Assembly: GCA_965242605.1 (NCBI GenBank)
Contig: CBDESS010000001.1
Coordinates: forward strand, 20,910-84,909
Direction: 5' to 3'
DNA length: 64,000 bases
Source of the DNA: an uncultured Candidatus Binatia bacterium
Lineage (GTDB): Bacteria > Desulfobacterota > Binatia > Bin18
The translations under genes and the position numbers were made by a program. The notes under the pieces were generated by a model. The model searched no databases. It saw nothing but the letters and a program-made list of their open reading frames with translations, and was not told where the DNA came from. Below, piece after piece: positions 25,446 to 37,123 of the stretch (positions are counted from its first letter, which is position 1; each line of letters starts with the position of its first letter).

Positions 25446-26636
25446 TCATTTCGCCTGCTTCCGCAAAAACGCCGGGATGTCGTACTTGTCTTTGGCTTCG
25501 GGCGTCGTCTCGGCCGGGGGGTCGGTCTGCTGCTTCCGCTGCCAAGTCGGCGTTTCGAGCTCGTCGTCGACAAGCGTGCCGAGGTGGACGACTTTGCGCG
25601 GTCCGGCCGGCGGCCGCAGGCTCCTCCGCACCGAGCTGAGCGGCGGCCGGGGGACGGCCGTGGGCTGGTGTTCAGCCTCGGCCTCGCCAAAACCGGTGGC
25701 GATGACCGTAATTGACAGGTCTTCTCCTATCGACTCGTCAATCACCGCGCCGAAGATGATATTGGCCTCTTCGTCAGCCTCGTCCTGGATGAGCGTGGCC
25801 GCCTCGTTGACCTCGTGTAAGGTCAGGCTTGGTCCGCCGGTCACGTTGATGAGCACGCCTTTTGCCCCACGGATAGAAATATCTTCCAGCAGCGGGCTGG
25901 CAATCGCCCGACGTGAAGCTTCCTCGGCCCGGCCCTCGCCGTTAGCCGTTGCCGCCCCCATAATGGCCATCCCCATCTCGGACATTATCGTCCGCACATC
26001 GGAAAAATCGAGGTTAATCAGGCCGCCGACCTGAATCAGATCGGAAATCCCGCGCACCGCCTGGAGGAGCACCTCGTCGGCCTTGTGGAAGGCCTCGAGC
26101 AGCGGCTGGCTGCGGCTGGCTACGGCGAGCAGCCGCTGATTGGGAATCGAGATCAGGGTATCGACGTTATCTTTGAGCTCGCGAATCCCTTCTTCGGCCT
26201 GGCGCAGGCGCTTCCTGCCCTCGAACAGAAAGGGTTTGGTGACAACGCCAACAGTGAGCGCGCCGGCCTCTTTGGCGATCCGGGCCACAACCGGTACCCC
26301 TCCGGTACCGGTGCCGCCACCCATACCCGCGGTGACAAAAACCATATCGGCTCCGAGCAGGTGTTGGCCAATCTCTTCCTCGCTCTCGATCGCCGAGCGA
26401 CGGCCGATTTCGGGATTCGCCCCGGCTCCCAGCCCTTTGGTCAACTCGCTTCCGATCTGAACCTTGGTCGGTGCCAGGTTCATGTGCAGAGCCTGGGCGT
26501 CGGTGTTGGCAACGATAAAGTCGACTCCGACCAACCCAGCGCTGATCATGGTATTGACGGCATTCCCTCCTCCGCCGCCAACACCAACGATGCGGATCTG
26601 CGCCCCATCTTTCTCATTCTCCACAAACTCAATCAT
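25446..26636 (-). CDS. ftsZ: Cell division protein FtsZ
   Basis: Tubulin signature GGGTGTG; MIEFVE start with a GGAGG RBS 7 nt upstream. Confidence 0.9.
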   Translation of the reverse strand: MIEFVENEKDGAQIRIVGVGGGGGNAVNTMISAGLVGVDFIVANTDAQALHMNLAPTKVQIGSELTKGLGAGANPEIGRRSAIESEEEIGQHLLGADMVFVTAGMGGGTGTGGVPVVARIAKEAGALTVGVVTKPFLFEGRKRLRQAEEGIRELKDNVDTLISIPNQRLLAVASRSQPLLEAFHKADEVLLQAVRGISDLIQVGGLINLDFSDVRTIMSEMGMAIMGAATANGEGRAEEASRRAIASPLLEDISIRGAKGVLINVTGGPSLTLHEVNEAATLIQDEADEEANIIFGAVIDESIGEDLSITVIATGFGEAEAEHQPTAVPRPPLSSVRRSLRPPAGPRKVVHLGTLVDDELETPTWQRKQQTDPPAETTPEAKDKYDIPAFLRKQAK

Positions 26637-26678
26637 CTCGCACCTCCTCGCTGAGTCCCCCATCGGGAAGTCTACACG

Positions 26679-27908
26679 CTAGAAAAAATCTCGCATCCAC
26701 TCCACCACCCGTTCCCAAACGCGCTGCCATCCTTGACCATAACGGGTAGGCACGATATCGCTCTGATGTCTGTTCTGTATGCCAGATAGGATAACCCCTA
26801 TACTAGTCGCATACATGGAACTGTTCCGCTCGTCAACAAGGCCGGCCAGATACTGCGGCCTGCCACGGCGGGCGGGCAACCGGAAAATCCGCTCGGCTAG
26901 CTCTGGCAGGCCGGCCAGGATGGCTCCGCCACCGGTCAGCACTAGGCCGGACCCGAGTGTGTTGAGCAGGCCGGCCATTTCAATCTGCTCCTTGGCCAGG
27001 CGTAAAATTTCTTCGGCCCGGGGCTCAATGATTTCCCCCAACCGGCGTCGCAGCAACTGCACCGGCTCACGTCCGCCGAGCCGCGGCATCTCGATCGTCT
27101 CACCGGGCAGGATCAGATCCATCAGTGCGCAGCCGTGCTGTTGTTTGAGCTTTTCCGCCTCGGCCAGGGGCGTGCGCAAGCCGACCGTCAAATCGTTGGT
27201 GATATTGTGTCCGCCGAGCCCTAACACCGCTGTATGCTGGGGCACGCCGTGGGCAAAGACAATCACCCCCGTTGTCCCGCCCCCAATATCGAGCAGGGCC
27301 ACCCCCATTTCTTTCTCTTCCGGGGTCAGCACGGCCTCGGCGGCGGCGAGAGCGGTGAAATACAGCCGATGCAGAGCCAAACCGGCCCGCTCACAGCACT
27401 TGGTGATGGTCTGGACGGCGCTGCTGGCCACCGCCACCAGATGGACTGCGGCTTCGAGACGCACTCCGGAGCTGCCAATCGGATATGTACCCCGGTCCTG
27501 GCTGTCAACCAGGAACTCTTGGGGCATGACGTGCAGAATCTCACAGTCGGCGGGCAGGGCGCGGGTGCGGGCCACCTCAATGACCCGGCGCAGGTCCTCG
27601 GCCCGCACCTCCTGATCCTCGATAAGGACGAGGCCCTGGCTGGTGATGCCGTCAAGGTAGCCGCCGACAATACCGCTGCTGACCTCATGGATGTTGCAGT
27701 TGGCTCCGGTCTGGGCTTCCTCAATGGCTTTCCGAATGGCCCGCACGGTGGCGTCAACGTTGAGAATCATGCCCTTGCGCAAGCCCTGGGACAGAGCGCT
27801 GCCGACCCCCAGGACCTCCAGCCCCTCAAGACTCTGGCGGGCCACAATCACAGCAGTTTTGTAGCTGCCAATATCAAGACTCACCAGGAGATCGGCATCC
27901 TTCGGCAT
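26679..27908 (-). CDS. ftsA: Cell division protein FtsA
   Basis: Actin-like ATPase; 'VSLDIGSYKT' N-terminus; position between ftsQ and ftsZ. Confidence 0.9.
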   Translation of the reverse strand: MPKDADLLVSLDIGSYKTAVIVARQSLEGLEVLGVGSALSQGLRKGMILNVDATVRAIRKAIEEAQTGANCNIHEVSSGIVGGYLDGITSQGLVLIEDQEVRAEDLRRVIEVARTRALPADCEILHVMPQEFLVDSQDRGTYPIGSSGVRLEAAVHLVAVASSAVQTITKCCERAGLALHRLYFTALAAAEAVLTPEEKEMGVALLDIGGGTTGVIVFAHGVPQHTAVLGLGGHNITNDLTVGLRTPLAEAEKLKQQHGCALMDLILPGETIEMPRLGGREPVQLLRRRLGEIIEPRAEEILRLAKEQIEMAGLLNTLGSGLVLTGGGAILAGLPELAERIFRLPARRGRPQYLAGLVDERNSSMYATSIGVILSGIQNRHQSDIVPTRYGQGWQRVWERVVEWMRDFF

Positions 27909-27922
27909 GGTCTTTCTTCTCC

Positions 27923-28747
27923 CTAGACAGGTCCCATACGGGTCGGAGCTTGGCCAGGAGTCGGAACGGGACGGACCACTACCTGATTCCGAAAGCGAGC
28001 GTCAAACACGGCCGCCGGCCCATCAAGCGGCCAAGTTTCGAGGACCTGCCCGACGCGGGCCAGTTGTTCGGGCCGGGTTTCCCGGCCGACCCGGATCGTG
28101 ACCTGTCGCTGGGCCAGAAACAGGGTATAGCCCAGGTCCTGATCCCAGTGAATTTCAGAGAGCTGTTCCCGCCACAGCCGGCTCAGCGCCAACAGGCGCA
28201 GGACACCGGCCAGCGCGCGGCGGGCATCGGGATCACCCAGCCGCAGCTCGGCCAGACCGCTGACATGGGGCAGGTCGAGACGGCTGGCCGGGAGTTCGGG
28301 ATCAAAAAAGCAGCCGCCGTGCTGATCAAGATAGGCCGGCTGCGGGTTTCGGACAACGGCGACGGGTCGGCGGACCTCGACTCGGATGTGAACGGCGTCG
28401 GGCAGCCGGCGGGCGACCGTGGCCCGGGCGACCCTGGGATGGCTGAGGAGCCGGGTTTCGACCTGCTGGCGATCAACCTCAAACACCGGCATACCGGAAC
28501 GAATACCGCTCCAGCGCCGAATATCGGTCTGCGACAGCGGTCCGTCGGTGTGGACGACAATCTGCTGTACGGCAAAATAGGGCTGGTGGACGACAAAGCG
28601 GACCAGCCTCGCCCCCCACCCCCACAGGCCGGCCAGCAGGCTGATGAAGACCAGCAGCCCACCGCTCCGGCGGAGCCGGCGGAGCGGACGGGCTGGCCGC
28701 GGCGTCCCTGGGTCAGCTTGAGAAACGGCAGATGTGCGGTGTCTCAC
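27923..28747 (-). CDS. ftsQ: Cell division protein FtsQ (POTRA domain)
   Basis: Single N-terminal TM followed by a POTRA region; position between ddl and ftsA; overlaps the ddl stop. Confidence 0.65.
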   Translation of the reverse strand: MRHRTSAVSQADPGTPRPARPLRRLRRSGGLLVFISLLAGLWGWGARLVRFVVHQPYFAVQQIVVHTDGPLSQTDIRRWSGIRSGMPVFEVDRQQVETRLLSHPRVARATVARRLPDAVHIRVEVRRPVAVVRNPQPAYLDQHGGCFFDPELPASRLDLPHVSGLAELRLGDPDARRALAGVLRLLALSRLWREQLSEIHWDQDLGYTLFLAQRQVTIRVGRETRPEQLARVGQVLETWPLDGPAAVFDARFRNQVVVRPVPTPGQAPTRMGPV

Positions 28748-29688
28748 CCTGCCCTCCCGTGGCTATGGAGACTGGCGCGCTGCAAAATAGCTTCAACCAA
28801 GGCCTCATAGTCGAGTCCGGCGTAGGCGGCAATGCGCGGCAAATAGCTGAGTTCGGTCAGTCCGGGGAGGGAGTTCACCTCGAGAACAAAAATCTGGCCG
28901 TGTTCGGTCACCCGCGTGTCGACCCGACTATAGCCGCTACAGCCTAGCGCCCGATGCGCCTCAAGGGCGATCTTCAGCACCTGAGCATACACCTCGGGCG
29001 CAAGCGGTGCGGGCATCAGGAACTCCTCCCGACCGGCCGTATACTTGACCTCGTAGGAGTGAAATTCTCCTTTGGCAATCACCTCCATCGCCCCCAGCGT
29101 TTGCTCGCCCAGAATCCCGACCGTCACTTCCTGGCCGTGGATATACGCCTCGACCAGGCTGACCGCATCAAACCGAGACGCCTCGGTCAGAGCGTCGGGC
29201 AGGCTCTGGCCGGACCGAACAATACTCACTCCCACGCTCGAGCCCTCGGCACTCGGTTTCACCACAACCGGTAACGACAAGCTGCTCAGCTTCCGCTCCG
29301 CCATCTGTAGGTCTATCACCTCCCAGGCCGGGGTCGGAATCTCATGGGTTTGCCATATCCGTTTGGCCAGAGGTTTATTCATGGCCAGCGCGCTGGCCAA
29401 TACGCCCGACCCGGTATACGGAACCCCCAGCACCTCCAGGACGGCCTGGACCGTGCCGTCCTCACCGAATTTTCCGTGCAGGGCGATAAAGGCCACATCG
29501 ACCTGGCGCACCTCGGTCAGCCACACGCCGTCGGCCTCAACCTCAATGCCGACCACATCGTAACCCAGGCCGCGCAGCGCTTTACACACCGCACCACCGG
29601 TCCGCAGCGAAATTTCACGCTCGGCCGACACGCCGCCCAGCAGCACTCCAACCGTTTTTTCGCGTCCCCGAGGGGTCGCAACGCTCAT
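28744..29688 (-). CDS. ddl: D-alanine--D-alanine ligase
   Basis: ATP-grasp Ddl motifs ('VLLGGVSAEREISL', 'GEDGTVQ', 'EVNSLPGLT'). Confidence 0.9.
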   Translation of the reverse strand: MSVATPRGREKTVGVLLGGVSAEREISLRTGGAVCKALRGLGYDVVGIEVEADGVWLTEVRQVDVAFIALHGKFGEDGTVQAVLEVLGVPYTGSGVLASALAMNKPLAKRIWQTHEIPTPAWEVIDLQMAERKLSSLSLPVVVKPSAEGSSVGVSIVRSGQSLPDALTEASRFDAVSLVEAYIHGQEVTVGILGEQTLGAMEVIAKGEFHSYEVKYTAGREEFLMPAPLAPEVYAQVLKIALEAHRALGCSGYSRVDTRVTEHGQIFVLEVNSLPGLTELSYLPRIAAYAGLDYEALVEAILQRASLHSHGRAG

Positions 29689-30680
29689 ACCGCCCGCCCC
29701 TCGTCGGACGCGTGGACGGCGAGACCCGGGATCCCCCGGTCTCGCTCCCAGTCTCCGACCAGACGGATCTCCGGCTCAAGCCACACCCGCTGCGTGTTCC
29801 ACACCGCGCGCCGCACATGTTCCATCAGCCGCTTCACCTCAGCCGCCCGCGCGCCAGCGGTATTCAGGATAAAATTGGCGTGCCGCTCAGACACCCGAGC
29901 CTGCCCACAGCGGGCACCTTTCAGGCCGACCAGTTCGATCAGACGGCCGGCGTAGCCGCCGGGCGGATTTTTGAAAATTGAGCCCGCGTTGGGATAGCCG
30001 CGCGGCTGACCGCTCTGACGTTGTGTGTGGGCTTGGCGCATCGCCGCCCTGAGCCGAGCCGGCTCCTGACGCCGCAGGCAAAAACAGACCTCAGCCACAA
30101 TAAAGCCGACCGGCAACCCGCTGCGGCGATAGCCGAAGCCGAGCTGCCCGGCGGCCAGACAGACCACCCGAGCGGCACGGTCAACACCCCGGACCGTTTC
30201 CACAGCCTGACTCAACTCCCCACCAAAAGCGCCCGCATTCATCAGCAGTCCTCCGCCCACGCTGCCGGGTATGCCCTCGGCAAACGCCACCCCGGCGTAA
30301 CCCTTGTCTACAGTCTCGCGGACAAAGCGACCCAGCGAACGCCCTGCCCCAACCCGCACCCGACGCTCGGTCTGCTCAGCCCCAGGTTCGCTCCACACGC
30401 TATAATTGAACCCCTTGCCGAGCTTGACCACAACGCCACGGATGCCCGCATCGCTGACCAACAGATTGCTCCCCCCGCCCAGGAGAAAAAGCGGCAGCCG
30501 TTCAGCCCGGACAAACCGCACCACGGCTTGGAGTTCGGCCAGACTGTAGGGTTCGACAAAGATGTCGGCCGGGCCGCCGATCCGAAAAGACGTATAGCGA
30601 GCCAGCGCGACATCACAGCGGACCTGAGACACCTGGTCGGCCAGCAGGGTCAGCAGCCGTTTTTTCTGTTCAGCCTGCAC
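29685..30680 (-). CDS. murB: UDP-N-acetylenolpyruvoylglucosamine reductase
   Basis: FAD-binding 'FRIGGPAD', 'GGGSNLL' and a MurB C-terminal domain. Confidence 0.9.
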   Translation of the reverse strand: MQAEQKKRLLTLLADQVSQVRCDVALARYTSFRIGGPADIFVEPYSLAELQAVVRFVRAERLPLFLLGGGSNLLVSDAGIRGVVVKLGKGFNYSVWSEPGAEQTERRVRVGAGRSLGRFVRETVDKGYAGVAFAEGIPGSVGGGLLMNAGAFGGELSQAVETVRGVDRAARVVCLAAGQLGFGYRRSGLPVGFIVAEVCFCLRRQEPARLRAAMRQAHTQRQSGQPRGYPNAGSIFKNPPGGYAGRLIELVGLKGARCGQARVSERHANFILNTAGARAAEVKRLMEHVRRAVWNTQRVWLEPEIRLVGDWERDRGIPGLAVHASDEGRAV

Positions 30681-32154
30681 CCCTACCTCTTTTCTGGAGC
30701 AGTGCGAGCAACTCGCCCCCAGTCCGGTGGATATCCCCAGCCCCCAGGGTCATGACCATATCACCCGGCCGGACAGAGGCGAGGGCCGCCTCGGCCAGCC
30801 TCTCCCGGTCGGCAACAAAACGGACCTCGCTCTGACCGCGCTGGCGTAAGGCTTGGTACAGCCGGTATCCAGAAACCCCGTCCCGCGGTTTCTCACCGGC
30901 AGGGTAGATCTCGGTCAGCACGACCGCATCCGCATCATCAAAAGCGGACAGAAAATCGTCAAACAGAGCCTGGGTCCGCGAATACCGATGCGGCTGAAAC
31001 ACGGCCACTAAGCGGCGCGCCGGGTCGGCCTGGCAGCTCCCCTCGCGGGCTGCCCGCAGGGTTACCCTGAGTTCCTCGGGGTGATGCGCATAGTCGTCAA
31101 CTACCAATACCCCGGCGGCTTCACCCTTGACCTCAAAGCGGCGCTGAATGCCGTCAAAACCGGCCAGGGCGCGTTGTACGCAGGCAAACGGAAGCCCCAG
31201 CTCCCGCGCCACCGCCACCACCGCCAGGGCGTTGAGCGCATAGTGACGGCCCGGCAGCCTGAGTTGAAGCGGGCCGAGCCGCTCATCGCCGTACCAGACC
31301 TCACACTGGGTGGTCATGCCTGACACATGCAAATCGCGTGCTGTCAGGTCGGCCTCGGGACCCAGGCCATAGGTGACAAAGCGTTTCTGGACGTGGGGCA
31401 ACAGGTCCTGGACATTGACACTATCCAGACACAGGACGGCCCGACCGTAAAACGGGACACGGTTGATAAAGCGCAGGTAGGCGTCTTTGACCCGGTCCAT
31501 ACTGCCATAAAAATCGAGATGCTCGGGGTCAATATTGGTGACCACAACAAGTGTCGGGCTCAGCAACAGAAACGTCCCATCGCTCTCGTCGGCCTCTGCC
31601 ACCAAAAAGCGGCCCTGGCCCAGACGCGCGTTCGAGCTCACGACATTCAGACGGCCGCCAATCACAGAGGTCGGGTCTAACTCGGCCTGGGACAGAACGC
31701 TGGTAATGAGCGATGTAGTAGTGGTTTTGCCGTGCGTGCCAGCAATCGCAATACCGTATTTGAGACGCATCAGTTCGGCCAGCATCTCGGCCCGCGGGAT
31801 CACCGGAATGCGCCGCTCACGCGCCCGGCCCACCTCTGGATTGGCAGATTTCACAGCCGACGATACAATGACCACGTCGGTCTGGGGGTCAATATGCTCG
31901 GCCCGATGTCCGTAGGCGACGCGCGCTCCGAGGCGGCTCAGGCGGCGGGTCGTGCCCGATTCGATCTGGTCCGAGCCACTGATCTGATAGCCCAGGTTCA
32001 GCAGGAGCTCGGCGATACCGCTCATGCCGATCCCCCCAATGCCGACAAAATGAATATGGCGGTTGGTATCAAACAACACCTGCCCCTGGGAGTTACGCGC
32101 CACTCGTCCGTTCCCAGACACCTGCGCTCTGCCATGTGTCCTATCGTCCATCAT
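30670..32154 (-). CDS. murC: UDP-N-acetylmuramate--L-alanine ligase
   Basis: 'HIHFVGIGGIGMSGIA' and Mur-ligase central/C-terminal domains. ATG overlaps the murG TGA (ATGA). Confidence 0.9.
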   Translation of the reverse strand: MMDDRTHGRAQVSGNGRVARNSQGQVLFDTNRHIHFVGIGGIGMSGIAELLLNLGYQISGSDQIESGTTRRLSRLGARVAYGHRAEHIDPQTDVVIVSSAVKSANPEVGRARERRIPVIPRAEMLAELMRLKYGIAIAGTHGKTTTTSLITSVLSQAELDPTSVIGGRLNVVSSNARLGQGRFLVAEADESDGTFLLLSPTLVVVTNIDPEHLDFYGSMDRVKDAYLRFINRVPFYGRAVLCLDSVNVQDLLPHVQKRFVTYGLGPEADLTARDLHVSGMTTQCEVWYGDERLGPLQLRLPGRHYALNALAVVAVARELGLPFACVQRALAGFDGIQRRFEVKGEAAGVLVVDDYAHHPEELRVTLRAAREGSCQADPARRLVAVFQPHRYSRTQALFDDFLSAFDDADAVVLTEIYPAGEKPRDGVSGYRLYQALRQRGQSEVRFVADRERLAEAALASVRPGDMVMTLGAGDIHRTGGELLALLQKRGRGAG

Positions 32155-33317
32155 CTGTCCGCCTCTCCGACCGAGAGCCGGGCTGCTGCCGGCAAACAGG
32201 CCAAACACTCCCGCAAGACATGTGCCGTCGCGTCGGCTTGGCCGAAAGCTGCCGCCGCCCGGGCCATGGCCTGCAAGCGGACCGGCTCTTGCATCAGGCC
32301 GCGGAGAGCCCCTGCAACCCGCTCCGCGCTCAACTCGGCATCCAGAATCATCAACGCCGCTCCGGCTTGGACGAGCTGCTCCGCATTGGCCCGTTGGTGA
32401 TCGTCCGCGGCATACGGATAGGGCACAAAAATAGCCGGTTTGCCCAGGGCCGTCAGCTCGGCCAGCGTCATGGCTCCGGCCCGGCAGATGACGACATCGG
32501 CGGCAGCATAGGCCGCGTCCATCGCCTCAATAAAAGACACGACCTCGGCCTCGACATCGAGCCGCGTGTACGCACGACAGACCTCGGCGTGCTCGGCTTG
32601 GCCGGTTTGGTGCATAATCCGGAGTCGGTTGGACGGCACCCCGAGGGCGGCAAACGCGGCAGGCAGAATTTGGTTGAGCCGGCGCGCGCCGGCACTCCCG
32701 CCAACGATTAAGATGCTGAACGGTTTGGTCTGCCCGTCGCCATGAGGTTCTGCCGGTCCGGGCAACAACAGACCCGTCATCTCTGCCGCTCGCCAGCGGA
32801 CCGGGGTGCCGGTATAGACCGCTTTTCCGGCCGGAAAGCAGGCCACAGTCGCGGGAAAACCGACGCACACACGTCTCGCAAAGCGCCCCAACAGCCGGTT
32901 GGTGAGTCCAGGAACCGCGTTCGGCTCAAGCAGTACACACGGGATGCGCCGCAGCCAAGCCGCCACCACGGTCGGTCCAGACGCATAGCCACCGAGGCTA
33001 AAAATGAGATCAGGCCCAAACTCCCCTAGGATACGCCACGCCGAGCCAATCCCGCATAGGGCCGCCCAGCCGGCCCGCAGTCCACCCCGCCAGCTTTTGC
33101 CCCGCAGCTGCTTGGCAGAGATGAGGCGCAGCGGAAAACCCAGACGCGGAACCACCCTCCCCTCTATGCCGTAGGGCGTGCCGACAAACAACACCTCGGC
33201 CGCCACTTCTCGCTGGGCACCCTGGGCGAGTGCCACCCCAGGAAACAGATGGCCGCCCGTCCCCCCGGCGGCCAACAGCAGCCGGAACCGTCTGGTGTCT
33301 TTGGGCCTCCTAGGCAT
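32151..33317 (-). CDS. murG: Undecaprenyldiphospho-muramoylpentapeptide beta-N-acetylglucosaminyltransferase
   Basis: 'LLAAGGTGGHLFPG' GT28 N-terminus. Start placed at the internal ATG (MPRRPKD...), 2 nt after the ftsW stop. Confidence 0.9.
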   Translation of the reverse strand: MPRRPKDTRRFRLLLAAGGTGGHLFPGVALAQGAQREVAAEVLFVGTPYGIEGRVVPRLGFPLRLISAKQLRGKSWRGGLRAGWAALCGIGSAWRILGEFGPDLIFSLGGYASGPTVVAAWLRRIPCVLLEPNAVPGLTNRLLGRFARRVCVGFPATVACFPAGKAVYTGTPVRWRAAEMTGLLLPGPAEPHGDGQTKPFSILIVGGSAGARRLNQILPAAFAALGVPSNRLRIMHQTGQAEHAEVCRAYTRLDVEAEVVSFIEAMDAAYAAADVVICRAGAMTLAELTALGKPAIFVPYPYAADDHQRANAEQLVQAGAALMILDAELSAERVAGALRGLMQEPVRLQAMARAAAAFGQADATAHVLRECLACLPAAARLSVGEADR

Positions 33318-34482
33318 GAGGCTGGTTCTCCCGCCGAATCTCGCGCGATAAGCCCAGCAGCACGCCCACATACGCCAGGGCCATACACAGCGACGAGCCG
33401 CCATAGCTGATAAACGGCAGGGGCAGGCCCTTTGTTGGGAGCAGGCCCAGCACGACGGCTATATTCAAGCCGGCCTGACCAACCAGTAGAAAGCTACAGC
33501 CAAAAGCCAGCAATTGCCCAAACCGATAGGGATGGCGGAGCGCGATCCGCACCCCACGGGCCCCGACAACGGCGAACAGACCGATGATGAGGCCCGTCCC
33601 CCACAGCCCGGTTTCTTCGCCTACCACCGCGAACACAAAGTCGGTGTGCGCCTCGGGCAGATAAAACATCTTCTGACTACTCTGGCCCAGGCCGACACCG
33701 TGCATCCCACCCGCCCCAAAGGCCAGCAGCGACTGGTGGAGTTGATACCCGCCGGTCTGACGGTGGGCGGCCGGGTCGAGAAAAGACAGCAGCCGGGCAC
33801 TCCGATACTCGGACGCCATAATCCCAGCCAGCACCACGACCAGACCCGCTCCGGCCAGTAGGGCGAGGTGGCGGTGGCGCGCCCCGGCGACAAACAGCAG
33901 AACGAGCAGCGTTAGCCCCACAAAGGCCGCCCCTCCCAGGTCAGGCTCTACGACAATCAGGAGAGCGACCAGCCCGACGACCAGCATATGGGGCAATACG
34001 CCAAACACAAAACTGTGCAGCCGTCTGGCCTTCTTGACCAAGGAATGGGCCAGATACAGCACAACTGCGCCTTTCGCAAACTCGGACGGCTGAAAATTGA
34101 TGACCCCGAGATGGATCCAGCGCCGGACCTGGCCGTCGGACAACAGGACGACGATCAGGCTGACAACCGCCAGTAGCAGGCCGGGATAGGCAAAGCGCCA
34201 ATAGACCGCCGACGACAGCCGGGCGATCAGCCCCATCCCGAGCACGCCCAGACTCAGCGCCAGCATCTGCTTCCAGACAAAGCGGTAGGGCTGAGTAGGG
34301 TGCTCGGCGGCATAAAAATAGGTGGTGTTCAACACCATAATTTGGCCGATCAGCACAAGCACCAGCACGCTCGTCAGCAGCCATCCATCCATCGCTCCAC
34401 GGCTCATCCAGGCCGACGGCTGGCCTTCGAGCCAAGTCGCAGCTTCCCGCTTGCGGCCCTCCATTTTTACCCCGTTTGCCAT
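33310..34482 (-). CDS. ftsW: SEDS-family peptidoglycan glycosyltransferase FtsW
   Basis: 10-TM SEDS protein; position between mraY and murG. Confidence 0.85.
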   Translation of the reverse strand: MANGVKMEGRKREAATWLEGQPSAWMSRGAMDGWLLTSVLVLVLIGQIMVLNTTYFYAAEHPTQPYRFVWKQMLALSLGVLGMGLIARLSSAVYWRFAYPGLLLAVVSLIVVLLSDGQVRRWIHLGVINFQPSEFAKGAVVLYLAHSLVKKARRLHSFVFGVLPHMLVVGLVALLIVVEPDLGGAAFVGLTLLVLLFVAGARHRHLALLAGAGLVVVLAGIMASEYRSARLLSFLDPAAHRQTGGYQLHQSLLAFGAGGMHGVGLGQSSQKMFYLPEAHTDFVFAVVGEETGLWGTGLIIGLFAVVGARGVRIALRHPYRFGQLLAFGCSFLLVGQAGLNIAVVLGLLPTKGLPLPFISYGGSSLCMALAYVGVLLGLSREIRRENQPHA

Positions 34483-34496
34483 TGCTCAACCGACCG

Positions 34497-35576
34497 TCAT
34501 CTCAGCTTCAGCGTGCACAGCGCTAACAGCGCACAAATAATCGACACAATCCAAAACCGGACAATAATCAGGGGTTCCGGCCAGCCCAGCAACTCAAAAT
34601 GGTGGTGGAGCGGTGCCATGCGAAAAATCCGCTTGTGGCGCAGCTTATACGAGGCGACCTGAAAAATAACCGAAGCGGCCTCGACCACAAACACTCCACC
34701 GGCCAGGACAAGGACGATTTCCTGCTTACAGACGAGCGCCACAATCCCCAGTGCAGCCCCCAGCGACAAAGCCCCGGTATCACCCATGAACATCTGGGCC
34801 GGATAGGCGTTAAACCACAAAAATCCGAGCCCGGCGGCGGCTAGCGCACCACAAAAGATTGTCACTTCACCCGCGCCAAGCACCTTGGGCACCTGGAGAT
34901 AGTCGGCTATCTGGGCATGGCCACTGACATAGGCGAACAAGGCGTAGGTCACCCCGGTAATCATCACCGGCCCAATCGCCAAGCCGTCCAGCCCGTCGGT
35001 CAAATTGACCGCGTTTGAGGCACCCACAATCACTACCATCGCAAGCGGGATATACCACCAGCCCAGATCGGGCCGGAGGTCTTTGAAAAATGGAATCGTC
35101 AGGCTGGTGTCAAACCCCGGCAGACAGACCAGATAGACGGCCGCCCCAAGGGCCAGGATCAGCTGCCACAGCAGCTTATATTTGCCTCGGAGACCGATGG
35201 AATTTTTGCGCGACAGCTTGCGGTAGTCATCCATAAAACCAATCGCCCCAAAGCTGACCGTCACCCCCAGCGCAAGCCACACATAGGGATTGCTCAGATC
35301 GGCTAACAGCAGGGTGGCTACCGTCAAGGAGAAGAGAATCAGCGTTCCGCCCATGGTCGGCGTTCCGGCCTTGCTGAGGTGCGCGTGTGGACCGTCGGGC
35401 CGAATCGGCTGTCCAACCTGCAGGACGGTCAGCCGGGCGATCAGCCGTGGTCCGAGAAAAAAGGATACGGTGAGTGCCATGATGGCGGCCAGCAGCGTCC
35501 GAAAGGTGATATACCGGAAGACGTTGAACACCGAGGAGCTGGTATGCAGCGGATACAGCAGCAGGTAGAGCATCAC
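34497..35576 (-). CDS. mraY: Phospho-N-acetylmuramoyl-pentapeptide transferase
   Basis: '[11 protein letters not shown]' N-terminus; MraY motifs. Confidence 0.9.
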   Translation of the reverse strand: MMLYLLLYPLHTSSSVFNVFRYITFRTLLAAIMALTVSFFLGPRLIARLTVLQVGQPIRPDGPHAHLSKAGTPTMGGTLILFSLTVATLLLADLSNPYVWLALGVTVSFGAIGFMDDYRKLSRKNSIGLRGKYKLLWQLILALGAAVYLVCLPGFDTSLTIPFFKDLRPDLGWWYIPLAMVVIVGASNAVNLTDGLDGLAIGPVMITGVTYALFAYVSGHAQIADYLQVPKVLGAGEVTIFCGALAAAGLGFLWFNAYPAQMFMGDTGALSLGAALGIVALVCKQEIVLVLAGGVFVVEAASVIFQVASYKLRHKRIFRMAPLHHHFELLGWPEPLIIVRFWIVSIICALLALCTLKLR

Positions 35577-37123
35577 CCGGCCTCCCGTTCGGAGAAATAA
35601 CGGCGGACCTCTTCTCGATCGTCAAAGTGATGCTTGCGGGTACCGATGATCTGGTAGTCCTCGTGACCCTTGCCGGCAATCACCACTACGTCTCCAGACC
35701 GGGCCCCAGCCAAAGCGGCCTGAATCGCGGCCCGACGGTCGGCCAGGACCACATAGCCGTGCTGCGCAGCGGCGAGGGCCAACGGCCCGCCCAGCGGCCG
35801 CAGACCGGTCTGGACCAGGCCGCGTTCCGCCTCAGCCAGGATGCGCTGCGGGTCTTCACTGCGCGGATTGTCCGAGGTTAAAACAACAAGGTCGCTCAGC
35901 CGGCCGGCGGTCTGTCCCATGAGCGGCCGCTTGCCCCGATCCCGGTCGCCACCACAGCCAAAGACCGTCACCAAACGTTTTTGGGTCAGCGCACGCACCG
36001 AACGCAGGGTCTTGTCGAGCGCGTCGGGTTTATGGGCGTAGTCCACAATCACCCCAAACGGCTGGCCGAGGTCGAGCTTTTCTAAACGCCCGGGTACGGT
36101 GCGACAGGCAGCGATGCCAGCCACAATCGTCTCGGCCGGCACGCCTAGCGCGTGGGCCGTGGCCGCCGCGGCCACGATATTGTACAGGTGCGGCTCACCG
36201 ATCAGGGTAGAGGAAAACATGACTGGCCTGCCCTCCACACGCAACACTCCGCGCAAGCCGCCAACACCGTGTTCAAGCGCAGCGATCGAGACCGTTGCAT
36301 CAGGGCTGCGGCCGTAGGTGATGAGCCGGCCGGGCAGTCGGTAGCCGGCCAATTTCTGGCCCCACGGGTCATCCACATTGACCACGGCAAAACGGTCGGC
36401 TTTGGGGGAGTCGGCCAGACCGGAGCAAAACAGGCTGACCTTAGCGGCAAAATACTCGTCCAGGTCGGTATGAAAATCGAGGTGATCTCGGCTCAAATTC
36501 GTAAACACTGCCCCGTCCCACTGACAGCCACGGACCCGCTCCTGAACTAGGGCGTGGGACGAGACCTCCATGACCGCGTAGCTCACACCAGCCTTGACCA
36601 TCGTACCCAGCAGCGCCTGGAGTTCAACCGCTTCAGGGGTGGTGAACGGTGCCAGCTCTTGCCGTCCCGGATAGCGGTAATTGACCGTGCCAATCACACC
36701 GGTTGGCCAACCCAGGGCCAGGAATATGGCCTCTAACAGATAGGTCGTAGTGGTTTTCCCACTCGTTCCGGTTACACCGACCAGCGACAGCTTGGCGCTC
36801 GGCCGGCCGTAAAACCGGTCGGCCATCAGTCCCAGTAGATGCCGCGGCCCGGCGCAGCCGATCAGACCCAGCGGCCGCCCGTAGCCCGCCAGCCGCGCTT
36901 GCACGGCGGCGTAATGTTCCTGGGCCACAACAACCGCCGCAGCCCCGGCCTGCAAGGCTTGGTCTGCAAACGCTAAGCCGTCGGTCTTTGTTCCCGGCAA
37001 GGCGAAAAACACCGCCCCGGGCCTCACCCGGCGCGAATCATAGGCCAGCTGCGTGACCGGGATGTCCAGCTGGCCCGAGGTCCGAAGCACAACGCCTAGC
37101 GGTAAGAGCTCGGCCAGCCTCAC
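35573..37123 (-). CDS. murE: UDP-N-acetylmuramoyl-L-alanyl-D-glutamate--2,6-diaminopimelate ligase
   Basis: MurE-specific 'DSR' motif (LAYDSRRV) and 'DNPR' motif (TSDNPRSED); P-loop '[11 protein letters not shown]'. Confidence 0.85.
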   Translation of the reverse strand: MRLAELLPLGVVLRTSGQLDIPVTQLAYDSRRVRPGAVFFALPGTKTDGLAFADQALQAGAAAVVVAQEHYAAVQARLAGYGRPLGLIGCAGPRHLLGLMADRFYGRPSAKLSLVGVTGTSGKTTTTYLLEAIFLALGWPTGVIGTVNYRYPGRQELAPFTTPEAVELQALLGTMVKAGVSYAVMEVSSHALVQERVRGCQWDGAVFTNLSRDHLDFHTDLDEYFAAKVSLFCSGLADSPKADRFAVVNVDDPWGQKLAGYRLPGRLITYGRSPDATVSIAALEHGVGGLRGVLRVEGRPVMFSSTLIGEPHLYNIVAAAATAHALGVPAETIVAGIAACRTVPGRLEKLDLGQPFGVIVDYAHKPDALDKTLRSVRALTQKRLVTVFGCGGDRDRGKRPLMGQTAGRLSDLVVLTSDNPRSEDPQRILAEAERGLVQTGLRPLGGPLALAAAQHGYVVLADRRAAIQAALAGARSGDVVVIAGKGHEDYQIIGTRKHHFDDREEVRRYFSEREAG